Virus record (IMG/VR): IMGVR_UViG_3300020215_000037
Span: 1-41,281 of that record
Length of the DNA: 41,281 bases
Direction: 5' to 3' (one strand)
Source of the DNA: a virus
Under the pieces are notes generated by a model. The model was given only the letters and a program-made list of their open reading frames with translations. It searched no databases and was not told the DNA's origin. A program made the position numbers and the translations under genes. The stretch's first letter is position 1; every line of letters begins with the position of its first letter. Of this stretch, positions 1 through 7,093 are shown piece by piece.

Positions 1-127
1 CCTGAGGCGGTTGACGCTCTTGGCGTAAATCGGGTTTCTGAAGAGAACCCAGGAACCACATTGGCCGGGAATCTGGCCGGGGGCATCATTCCTGCCGGGA
101 AGGTTTTTCAAGGGGCTTCGGCTCTTA
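1..127. repeat. Terminal direct repeat, identical to 41155-41281 (circular-assembly overlap)
   Basis: Both ends compared base by base: 127/127 identical. Codon phase of the ORF starting at 40738 is preserved across the junction. Confidence 0.95.
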
Positions 128-1674
128 GCAGAATTGGGAAGGCGGGAGTGTTAGGTTCCGGATATGGCGCCAGCGAAAGCATTAAAGAAGGTGGGATAGA
201 TCGACTGGTGAACGATAAAGCCAAAATCGGGAAGGACGCTATTGTCACTGGGGCTTTAAGCACCATCCTCCCCGGCGCACTAGAGCTTCCAGGGCTGGCT
301 CAGCATATCATTCGAGGGAAGATCAGCCCAGAGGCCGGGAAGCTCGCGCAAACGGCAAAAGAGATGGATATCCCCATTACTCCAGCTCAGGCCACGGGAT
401 CTAGGCAGCTCGGCCTGACAGAGAAGGCTCTTCTTAACGTGCCTGTGTCATCTGGAATAATGCAGGCAAGGCAAGAGGCTGTTAGCGAGGGCTTGCGAAG
501 TCAGGCGAAGAAGCTTCTGGACGATAACGGTCCCAGAGTCAGTGAGCAAACCTTTGGGGATTTAGTCCAGACCCGTCTTGCAGCTCGTGAAGGTCGATTT
601 AAAGGCACGGCATCCAAGCTTTACGATAAGTTTGAAAAGGCGGTTCCAAAAGATCTCAAGATTCAACTTGGAAGGGCGCGGGACTTGGCGGAAAACTTTA
701 TTGAACGAGAAATCAACAAGGAGGGGCTTGGATCCTCTCGGCTTGTTTCTCAGCTCAAGACTTTTGTCGGTGAGGCAGATCCGACAGGGAAGGCCATCCC
801 GAAAGCGACTGATGTGCGGACCTTCCTCGATATCCGGGCGGCGGTCAATGACGAGATCAATAGCGCAATCAAAAATGAACGTGGCGACGTGGCGCGAAAG
901 CTTGGCATGATCAAGGCGGAGATGGACAAGAGCCTTTCCGATTTCGCGCAGCTTCAAGGAGGCAAGATTCAGGAGAGTTTCAGCCTTGCAAACGGGTACT
1001 ATGCGAAAGGGGCTCAGATTTTCAACGATCCGAAGGTGCAGAGGATGATTCAGAAAGATCCCGGCATGCTCTATGACATGATTGCTCAGCCGGGGACTGT
1101 CAAAGACATCAACACCTTAAAAGCTGCTTTAGGAGTCAATCGCTTTGAGCCCGTCAAAAGGGCGGTGATGGAGAAAATATTAACTACGGACGGAACCGAG
1201 GCGTTTTCTCCTCAAAAGTTTGGGACGAGCCTTGGAAAGTTTACTCCTGAGAACATAGAGGCTGTTTTTGGCGCAAGTAAGGTCAAAGAGATTCAAGACT
1301 TTTGGAAGGTTGCGGACGCCATTGTTAAAAATGAAAAGAGGGTTGGGAATCCTTCAGGAACGGCGCAGCAAACTATCTCCGTTTTGTACGGCGGCAGCAT
1401 CGGGGCCTTGGCCTTTCATAATCCAGCAGCAGCCGGCGCGGTCGTGTTGGGGCCTCCAGCGCTCGCCAAGCTCTACACGAGTCAAGCGGGGCTAAAGTTT
1501 CTCACGGAAGCGATTCAGACCCCGGCAAATTCACCTAACGCAGCCCAACTTGCTTCCAAGATCAGTGCCATACTTTCCGAAGAGAAAGCGCGGCGGGACA
1601 TGTCGCCCATTGAGAGAGACTTGATCTTGAAGAAGGCAATTGTAATCGATGTGGAAAAGAAGGCGGCGGAGTGA
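1..1674 (+). CDS. 3' part (557 aa) of a ~696-aa internal-virion/ejection-like protein that starts at 40738 and continues across the circular junction
   Basis: Position 1 equals 41155, which is codon position 1 of the open frame from ATG 40738. The TTG at 61 in the ORF track is therefore internal. It is the last and largest gene of the late operon, Gly/Ala-rich with no enzymatic motif recognised. Confidence 0.7.
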   Translation, partial: PEAVDALGVNRVSEENPGTTLAGNLAGGIIPAGKVFQGASALSRIGKAGVLGSGYGASESIKEGGIDRLVNDKAKIGKDAIVTGALSTILPGALELPGLAQHIIRGKISPEAGKLAQTAKEMDIPITPAQATGSRQLGLTEKALLNVPVSSGIMQARQEAVSEGLRSQAKKLLDDNGPRVSEQTFGDLVQTRLAAREGRFKGTASKLYDKFEKAVPKDLKIQLGRARDLAENFIEREINKEGLGSSRLVSQLKTFVGEADPTGKAIPKATDVRTFLDIRAAVNDEINSAIKNERGDVARKLGMIKAEMDKSLSDFAQLQGGKIQESFSLANGYYAKGAQIFNDPKVQRMIQKDPGMLYDMIAQPGTVKDINTLKAALGVNRFEPVKRAVMEKILTTDGTEAFSPQKFGTSLGKFTPENIEAVFGASKVKEIQDFWKVADAIVKNEKRVGNPSGTAQQTISVLYGGSIGALAFHNPAAAGAVVLGPPALAKLYTSQAGLKFLTEAIQTPANSPNAAQLASKISAILSEEKARRDMSPIERDLILKKAIVIDVEKKAAE

Positions 1675-1725
1675 TCATAGCCATTGCAGTCATCTCCCTA
1701 GGCGTCCTCTTCGCCGCAATCGTCA

Positions 1726-2136
1726 TTATTGGGGCAAAGATCCACCGAGGGCAGATGGATCAATGTCGGCGGCAGGTTTGGCGACGCCGTTAATCTCTTG
1801 GCTCACCAACATCTTGGAGAGGCTGCGAAGTCTTTCGTCTTCTGGATGGCCCTGAGATTGTTTGGAGATAAGAAGGGCAACAACGGGCTTGGTCATGCCT
1901 TCTGCGATTGCTCCCCTATCGTTCACGGCGATATTCCAATTAATCGCGTATTGAGCAAGGTAGTCTGTCCGGTGCTGTTGGAGTAACCACGAATAGTAAA
2001 GCATCCCGAGATAGCGATGGGGAAGGTTGCGGAGAAAGGCGAGCTGACGGCCTCGTGATTGGAGTTGCTCTGATAAGTGGGCTTGAGCGTAGACCATCAA
2101 GGCGAGAATGACGGAGATTTTGATGATAGTTTTCAT
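1726..2136 (-). CDS. Secreted protein of unknown function, last gene of the envelope operon
   Basis: Signal-like N-terminus MKTIIKISVILALMVYAQA. ATG overlaps the stop of 2133-2363 (ATGA). Confidence 0.6.
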   Translation of the reverse strand: MKTIIKISVILALMVYAQAHLSEQLQSRGRQLAFLRNLPHRYLGMLYYSWLLQQHRTDYLAQYAINWNIAVNDRGAIAEGMTKPVVALLISKQSQGHPEDERLRSLSKMLVSQEINGVAKPAADIDPSALGGSLPQ

Positions 2137-2363
2137 TTGGGTAACTTTTCGGCCAGAAATTCACCGCTCCAAAACGTTAGGCGCCCATTTTCTCCAGTGA
2201 AAGCAATGTAGTCCCGATAACACCGAATCTCGGTGCTTTGGAATACTCCCATCGATTTTCCGGCGCTGAAAAGCTCTAGGCGGTACAGGTCGACAGGTGT
2301 TATGAAAGGCTCGGGCTCTGAGCATCCCGCCAGGAGCAAGGCTGAAAGAATGATGTATTTCAT
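2133..2363 (-). CDS. Small lipoprotein
   Basis: MKYIILSALLLAGC has a lipobox LAG|C. ATGA-coupled to both the upstream and the downstream gene. Confidence 0.7.
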   Translation of the reverse strand: MKYIILSALLLAGCSEPEPFITPVDLYRLELFSAGKSMGVFQSTEIRCYRDYIAFTGENGRLTFWSGEFLAEKLPK

Positions 2364-3424
2364 ATTGATTTCCTCTCAATTCCAAGGATGCAGACACACG
2401 CCAAGAAGATCGACGGAATACCCGTAGGATTCCAGAGCCCAAAGCCGATAAAGGCGGCGATTCCACATAGACAGGCTGTATTGACCTCAGAAGGATATGA
2501 AAACGCCCTATAAGTCATCCTGGTAAGGAGAAAGAGCCATAGCGCGAGCCCTACAAGTCCGGTTTGAATGGCGATATCCAGGAAAACGTTGTGGCAGCGG
2601 TCAATATCGACTTTGAACGCAACGGGTTTGCCTCGGATGTGTTGAGTAATCGTTTCATGCTCACTTTTGCCAAAGAGGGTGCTTTGCGTATCTACTCCGT
2701 AACCCATGACCGGACGGATGGCGATATGCTCTAAAGCTTTCGTCGCAATGGCGGTTCGCGCTCCAGTTCCAAGGCTCTTCAAATCGAGCGTAAGCAGCTT
2801 TGGCAGGACCCCAACAACGGCAATGGCCAAGAGCGTGACTATGGTTGAAATAACCTCCTTGTGAAGCCTCTTGAAGTTCAAAGCCAAGTAGGCGCCTGCC
2901 CCAAACATAAGAGCAAAAATGATAGAGCGGTTACTTGTTAGGAATGTAAAGGGAATCGCGCACGCGATGAAAGCTGGATGTTTGGCCATGAGCATGCACG
3001 AACCAACGGCAGCAAAAGCAGAGATGGTGATATGCCCGTAAATGATGTTCTTATAGATTTCGGGCTTAATAAGCATCACAGAGAGGCAGATTGAGAGAAT
3101 GGCGCAAATGGTCAGAAAAAGACGGGGAAGCGTGGAGCATCTCCAGAAAAGCCAACCGAACCCGATCGCCAGAAGCCACATCGAAAGCCCTTCAAAACGC
3201 TTGTAATAGCCAAAGAGCGACATATCAAAATGATCTCCGAGGAGAGAGCAGAGTGCAGCCCATAGGAACCAAGCGATGAGGAGAATTCCGGGCTCTGAGA
3301 GTCTCTTTTCTGCTTTTGGGTGACAGCATAAGAGGCACATGGCCACGGCAATCATTCGGGCGGTTTGCCCTGAGATGGTCATTGCCGGGAAGAGGAAGAG
3401 GGTCAATAGGGCTAAGTGATTCAT
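2360..3424 (-). CDS. O-antigen ligase/polymerase-like (Wzy_C-type) polytopic membrane protein
   Basis: 354 aa with about 10 hydrophobic spans. The periplasmic loop motif RCHNVFLDIAIQTGLVGLALWLF matches the H-N-x-x-L-x(4)-[EQ]-x-G-x-x-G signature of the WaaL/Wzy family. Confidence 0.6.
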   Translation of the reverse strand: MNHLALLTLFLFPAMTISGQTARMIAVAMCLLCCHPKAEKRLSEPGILLIAWFLWAALCSLLGDHFDMSLFGYYKRFEGLSMWLLAIGFGWLFWRCSTLPRLFLTICAILSICLSVMLIKPEIYKNIIYGHITISAFAAVGSCMLMAKHPAFIACAIPFTFLTSNRSIIFALMFGAGAYLALNFKRLHKEVISTIVTLLAIAVVGVLPKLLTLDLKSLGTGARTAIATKALEHIAIRPVMGYGVDTQSTLFGKSEHETITQHIRGKPVAFKVDIDRCHNVFLDIAIQTGLVGLALWLFLLTRMTYRAFSYPSEVNTACLCGIAAFIGFGLWNPTGIPSIFLACVCILGIERKSI

Positions 3425-3579
3425 GGGCGGGCTCCCTTGGCTAGTTTGGCAATAATGCGTTGAAAGCGGTGTTTATAGCCTCGGTGCCATTTACATATAA
3501 CATCGGCTCTTTCATGAAGGCCAGCCACGCATAACGCTACAAGCTCACGCTCTCTGCTAGATAACCTTGAGCATCTCAT
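3421..3579 (-). CDS. 52-aa LuxR/GerE-type HTH-like protein (below the ORF-track size cut-off)
   Basis: Hand translation: MRCSRLSSRERELVALCVAGLHERADVICKWHRGYKHRFQRIIAKLAKGARP. LSxRERE..L...G and ..K.H...I..KL resemble a GerE HTH. ATGA overlaps occur at both ends. Confidence 0.4.
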   Translation of the reverse strand: MRCSRLSSRERELVALCVAGLHERADVICKWHRGYKHRFQRIIAKLAKGARP

Positions 3580-4175
3580 TTCATCTCCTTGATCTCAATG
3601 TCATCGAGCCAAATCGTCCCCACTCCCTCAGAGACAAAGACCATGTTAAAGAAGTCTGCCGCTCCGGTCTTGAACTTACAATCGGCTTGCGTCCAATCCA
3701 TCGAGCCATCTACTTGATGCGGAATGTAGGTCCTGTCATTCCATTTCGAATCGCAGGTCAGGAAAGCGGGGTTGCCCTTCACGTCCTTGGACTTTACCCA
3801 ATAGGAGAGGATGTAGGCTGTATTTGGTTTGCAGGGGATTCTTTGGTAGATGGCACCGTAGACGTTGGGGCGTTTCTCCTCGTGATTTTCGAGGATGGCG
3901 GAGCATTCCCCCGTATGAGCTTCTTTGTCGGTTTGGCCAATTTTGATGTTGGCTCCCTTGAGTGCAATGAAGCTCTCCCATATCTTTTGTTCCTCAAAGC
4001 CTCCGTTGAGGATCTTGGCCTCGATGGGAGGGCCTTTGACGGGGAGTTCCTTTTGGGTCTGCTTTGAGTAAAGGAGGGCGGCGATGATGATGCCTAGGAT
4101 GGCGATGGTGATGGGGGTTTTTAGGTTGTTCATTAAAATAAGTAAGTAGCGGAGGATGTTTTGCTCAGGGGTCAT
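3576..4175 (-). CDS. Membrane-anchored carbohydrate-binding-module-like (CBM4/9-like) protein
   Basis: N-terminal TM segment PITIAILGIIIAALLY. This is followed by ILNGGFEE..W, then a beta-rich domain with YILSYWVKS and a C-terminal IWLDDIEI, as in CenC-type CBMs. Confidence 0.5.
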   Translation of the reverse strand: MTPEQNILRYLLILMNNLKTPITIAILGIIIAALLYSKQTQKELPVKGPPIEAKILNGGFEEQKIWESFIALKGANIKIGQTDKEAHTGECSAILENHEEKRPNVYGAIYQRIPCKPNTAYILSYWVKSKDVKGNPAFLTCDSKWNDRTYIPHQVDGSMDWTQADCKFKTGAADFFNMVFVSEGVGTIWLDDIEIKEMK

Positions 4176-4197
4176 TTCATTACACTTTCTTTACAGG

Positions 4198-4383
4198 TCA
4201 TTCCCTCGGCCTCATTTGGTTGTAAGACACCTTCTGGAAGGTCAGGGCCTCGTAGGTGTACAGAAACCTTTCCGTGTCGGTTGCCCATGGGTGGCGAAAG
4301 CCGAAGACGATGTAGGCGACTGGTGCGTAGAGAGCGCACAGGAGAAGGACGATTGCTAAAATGGTTTTGAAGGTTTCTTTCAT
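4198..4383 (-). CDS. 61-aa membrane protein, first gene of the envelope operon
   Basis: TM segment TILAIVLLLCALYAPVAYIVFGF. It is preceded by a 64-nt intergenic region. Confidence 0.5.
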   Translation of the reverse strand: MKETFKTILAIVLLLCALYAPVAYIVFGFRHPWATDTERFLYTYEALTFQKVSYNQMRPRE

Positions 4384-4420
4384 TTCATCATTTCTATTTT
4401 AAATTGCCCCGCACGTAGCC

Positions 4421-4430
4421 GGAAATTTCC
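4421..4430. promoter_or_regulatory. Perfect palindrome GGAAATTTCC upstream of the envelope operon
   Basis: Lies in the 64-nt gap between the end of the early operon (4448) and the first envelope gene (4383). An A/T-rich TAAAAT-like element lies between it and the ATG on the minus strand. Confidence 0.2.
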
Positions 4431-4447
4431 AGCGCCATGCACATCGG

Positions 4448-4642
4448 CTATGCAGGCCGTGCGGGTTGTGCTTCCGAAGAAGCAGCCGAAAGTGGATTTG
4501 CTTCAAACATGCGGATAAGCGTCTGAAGTCTCGCGTCATGAAGGTCTCTCCTGCCTGAGTATTCCCCGGTTCTTTCTCGATCATAGAGGCAGCACAAGAT
4601 CATGCCTACTTGCGGTCCTGTAAGCTTATAGGTGTATTTCAT
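4448..4642 (-). CDS. Hypothetical protein (64 aa)
   Basis: ATGA-coupled to the upstream 58-aa ORF. It is the last ORF of the early operon. Confidence 0.45.
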   Translation of the reverse strand: MKYTYKLTGPQVGMILCCLYDRERTGEYSGRRDLHDARLQTLIRMFEANPLSAASSEAQPARPA

Positions 4643-4815
4643 CCCTCCTCCTTCACGGGCTTATGCCTGACAATGACCTCGTAAGATTCATCCTCTACCA
4701 CAACCGGGAGGGTGCAGGCTCCTGCTCCCATTCTCAGGAGATGCTCAACCAGGAGCTTAGCTAGTCTAGAGCCTTCAGAGAGTTCGGCAGATAGGTCTGG
4801 GTGGGGGTCGTCCAT
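4639..4815 (-). CDS. Hypothetical protein (58 aa, not in the ORF track)
   Basis: Hand translation: MDDPHPDLSAELSEGSRLAKLLVEHLLRMGAGACTLPVVVEDESYEVIVRHKPVKEEG. It fills the gap between dcm and 4448-4642, with an ATGA overlap downstream. Confidence 0.4.
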   Translation of the reverse strand: MDDPHPDLSAELSEGSRLAKLLVEHLLRMGAGACTLPVVVEDESYEVIVRHKPVKEEG

Positions 4816-4820
4816 AAATA

Positions 4821-5627
4821 TTATGGGGTCTTTGGGGTTTCTTGCGGGGGAGTGGGGTTAGTGGTTATTTGGCACATGATTTCTTTGAGGAAGATTTCCG
4901 CAACTTGCGGAACGATTGAGTTTCCGAGAAGGTCGCGTCGGTGTGATCCTTCGGGTATCCCATCATCCACTCTCTGTGGTTCGGATGTTGAGGACCACCA
5001 AGTTGCGTGTTGATCCCATCCCCGCTTGTTGCCGATGCCCCTTTGCGGTTCCAATCTCCACATACTGTTGGAGTCGAGAGCATCCTGTTGAGCTTCGCTT
5101 TCCCATGACTTCCTCCGTTGCCATCCTTGCAAGGAGTAGGCCAAAATCCAGACTCGGTCTCGGCGATGATTTGCACCAACGGCGGAAGCTGGTACACAGT
5201 TCCAGATAACATCATGCCCGAGCGCGGCCAAGTCCCTGAGAACTCCTCCAAAGACCCGTCCAGCATCATTTGAAAGGAGTCCTGGCACATTCTCCAGCAA
5301 GCACCATTGGGGCCGAATTTCGCCAATGACTCTGCACAGTTCGGGCCATAGGTGCCTTTCGTCGGAATCTCCACGCCTCGACCCGGCGAGGCTGAAAGGC
5401 TGGCAAGGAAAGCCTCCTGTAATGACATCCACATGGCCAATGAGTTCCTTGGCGATGTTTCGGATGTTTCCGTAGTTCGGCACTCCTGGCCAATGCTTTC
5501 GGAGGACGGCGCAAGCGTAGGGGTCGATCTCCGAGAATCCGATTGTGCGGAATCCAGCTCGTTCTCCGGCAAGGCTGAAGCCTCCGATTCCTGAGAAGAG
5601 GTCAAGCAAGGTGGGCTTTTCATTCAA
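4821..5627 (-). CDS. dcm: DNA (cytosine-5) methyltransferase, short-TRD phage type
   Basis: Motifs appear in canonical order. They are FSGIGG (I), GFPCQPFS (IV, catalytic Cys), LLENVPG (VI), HRRDRVWILAY (VIII) and LLGNSIVPQVAE (X). Confidence 0.9.
   Translation of the reverse strand: MNEKPTLLDLFSGIGGFSLAGERAGFRTIGFSEIDPYACAVLRKHWPGVPNYGNIRNIAKELIGHVDVITGGFPCQPFSLAGSRRGDSDERHLWPELCRVIGEIRPQWCLLENVPGLLSNDAGRVFGGVLRDLAALGHDVIWNCVPASAVGANHRRDRVWILAYSLQGWQRRKSWESEAQQDALDSNSMWRLEPQRGIGNKRGWDQHATWWSSTSEPQRVDDGIPEGSHRRDLLGNSIVPQVAEIFLKEIMCQITTNPTPPQETPKTP
4865..5623 (-). CDS. 252-codon ORF in the +1 frame, fully embedded in dcm (candidate overprinted gene)
   Basis: Uninterrupted from an ATG 4 nt after the dcm ATG. 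It encodes SGTWPRSGMMLSGTVYQLPPLV..ESGFWPTP and NHREWMMGYPKDHTD. See findings. Confidence 0.3.
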   Translation of the reverse strand: MKSPPCLTSSQESEASALPENELDSAQSDSRRSTPTLAPSSESIGQECRTTETSETSPRNSLAMWMSLQEAFLASLSASPGRGVEIPTKGTYGPNCAESLAKFGPNGACWRMCQDSFQMMLDGSLEEFSGTWPRSGMMLSGTVYQLPPLVQIIAETESGFWPTPCKDGNGGSHGKAKLNRMLSTPTVCGDWNRKGASATSGDGINTQLGGPQHPNHREWMMGYPKDHTDATFSETQSFRKLRKSSSKKSCAK

Positions 5628-6256
5628 AGCGCTCCCTCCCCCTTATTCTCTTTGTCTGCCGCCGAGGAAGGCGGAGGAGTTGCGGGCTCTCTCGAAGGAA
5701 TGGCGTTGTCCGTCGTTTGTGGCTCTTCCTTCGCGTCTTTACTGAAAAGCGCGTTTACTATGGCTTGAACTGTTAAGGATTCCTGAACTGATGGCGACAT
5801 GCGGCGGCGAATAGGCATACTTTCAGGCTGGACGCGAGGCCCCTCCAAATCGCAAATGCTCTTCCATGCTAACGTGTCACTATGGAAATATTCATCTCCT
5901 AAACGTGGTCCTTCTCCAACCTCTAACAGCCTCCACCCGCCCCCGCTCTGGGCTCGGGCTTCTTTCAGCTTCAAGATATACCTCTCCCGTTCGCGCTCCA
6001 TCAATTTGATGTTGTGATTGAGGCGTCCAATGTCGTTGTCCTTGTAGCGAATGGAACCTTGAGCCTTCTCCACCTCCTCCTTGAGAGCGGCGTTTTCAGC
6101 CTCAAGAGCTTTGATCTTTTCTGTGAGGGGTGAAAGTGTCGCTTCTGCCAGTTCTCGCCCCAACTTACTAAACGAGTCATCCTTAGGAATGGGCTGAGGC
6201 TCGCAAGTCGTCCCGTGTGTGAACCATGGCTGACCGCATGAAGGGCAATTACTCAC
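5624..6256 (-). CDS. Coiled-coil protein with N-terminal CxxC knuckle
   Basis: MSNCPSCGQPW, followed by a heptad-like KIKALEAENAALKEEVEKA. ATGA-coupled at both ends. Confidence 0.55.
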   Translation of the reverse strand: MSNCPSCGQPWFTHGTTCEPQPIPKDDSFSKLGRELAEATLSPLTEKIKALEAENAALKEEVEKAQGSIRYKDNDIGRLNHNIKLMERERERYILKLKEARAQSGGGWRLLEVGEGPRLGDEYFHSDTLAWKSICDLEGPRVQPESMPIRRRMSPSVQESLTVQAIVNALFSKDAKEEPQTTDNAIPSREPATPPPSSAADKENKGEGAL

Positions 6257-6456
6257 GAGAGCCTCCTTTCGCCGGTGATGGCAGCATCACACCTATGGCA
6301 CATGCACCCGTAAGATGGATGTGAGCGCGAAACCTCGCTGGTTCTGTAGAGCCTATGGCCACAACCGCAGCAGTTAATGACGATGGTGAACTCAGATCCT
6401 TTCAGCGGCTTTCGGACTCCCTCCCCCTCGGCGTTCTCCTTCGGATGCAGGCTCAC
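6253..6456 (-). CDS. Cys-rich small protein (Zn-ribbon-like)
   Basis: Contains CCGCGHRLY...GCMCHRCDAA. ATGA-coupled. Confidence 0.5.
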   Translation of the reverse strand: MSLHPKENAEGEGVRKPLKGSEFTIVINCCGCGHRLYRTSEVSRSHPSYGCMCHRCDAAITGERRLS

Positions 6457-6662
6457 ACTTCCTCCATGGGTTCAGGGATGCGCTGGGACCATTCCGCTTT
6501 AATCTGAGAAATATTTGTAAGCATTCCACGGGAACATTCCATCACTAGGCCGAATCCACTCGCTTCGACCCGCCGCATTCTCACGTTTTTCGGTCGATCT
6601 GCATAACGAGTCCAATACCATCCCGGCTCCGTTGGCTTCTTCTTCGTAAGTGTGAATTTCAT
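6453..6662 (-). CDS. Hypothetical protein (69 aa)
   Basis: In-phase member of the ATGA-coupled chain. Confidence 0.5.
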   Translation of the reverse strand: MKFTLTKKKPTEPGWYWTRYADRPKNVRMRRVEASGFGLVMECSRGMLTNISQIKAEWSQRIPEPMEEV

Positions 6663-7093
6663 AAATCTCCTTTGGTCTTTGACGGCTCTTGCGCGAGAGG
6701 AAGGGGCTCGTCGGTTTGATCCTGTACATGCCGAAGGTCACCCGCCTTCCACATATCCAATTCTCCTCGCTCATATTTATCGAAGCAGGATTTGCAGGCA
6801 TCACACCCAAACCATTCTCCGTCCCAGCCGTGAGGTACCGGCGTGCCTTCGTACATGGGGATACCTTGCTGACATCCATAAAGCTTTTCTCCGCAGATAT
6901 GGCACTCGGACTCGTGCAGCCACATTCTATTAATCGTAATCCTCACAGGCTCGTCCACACGAGGAGATGCTCCCTCCCCCGGTTTCTGCGTTTCAATTCC
7001 TTCGCTCATGGCTTCATTCATTAGTTTATTTGGGTTTAGGGGTGGGCAAGGCAGAGGGGCTACTGGGTGGGGGAGATGCATTGGGGGCCACAT
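6659..7093 (-). CDS. Cys-rich hypothetical protein; start uncertain (7093, 7081 or 7021)
   Basis: Contains CHICGEKLYGC...WFGCDACKSC. The longest form overlaps the 3' end of 7060-7824 by 34 nt. Confidence 0.5.
   Translation of the reverse strand: MWPPMHLPHPVAPLPCPPLNPNKLMNEAMSEGIETQKPGEGASPRVDEPVRITINRMWLHESECHICGEKLYGCQQGIPMYEGTPVPHGWDGEWFGCDACKSCFDKYERGELDMWKAGDLRHVQDQTDEPLPLAQEPSKTKGDL

Noticed and set aside
61-1674. An independent 537-aa gene starting at TTG 61.
   Set aside because: The frame is open to position 1 and is continuous with ATG 40738 through the terminal overlap.
4399-4584. 61-aa alternative-frame ORF overlapping 4448-4642.
   Set aside because: It has no translational coupling and extends into the intergenic palindrome region. 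The 64-aa frame is the one coupled to the upstream gene.
4821-5627. First impression that dcm is a doubly frameshifted pseudogene. The apparent pattern was an N-terminus in one frame, WPTP/EWMMGYP in another, and the GN motif back in the first frame.
   Set aside because: Frame A alone contains every methyltransferase motif, including a W-W...EP..RV.DGIP....R..LGNSIVPQV C-terminus typical of short phage Dcm enzymes. The gene is therefore intact. The second frame is reported instead as a possible overprinted ORF.
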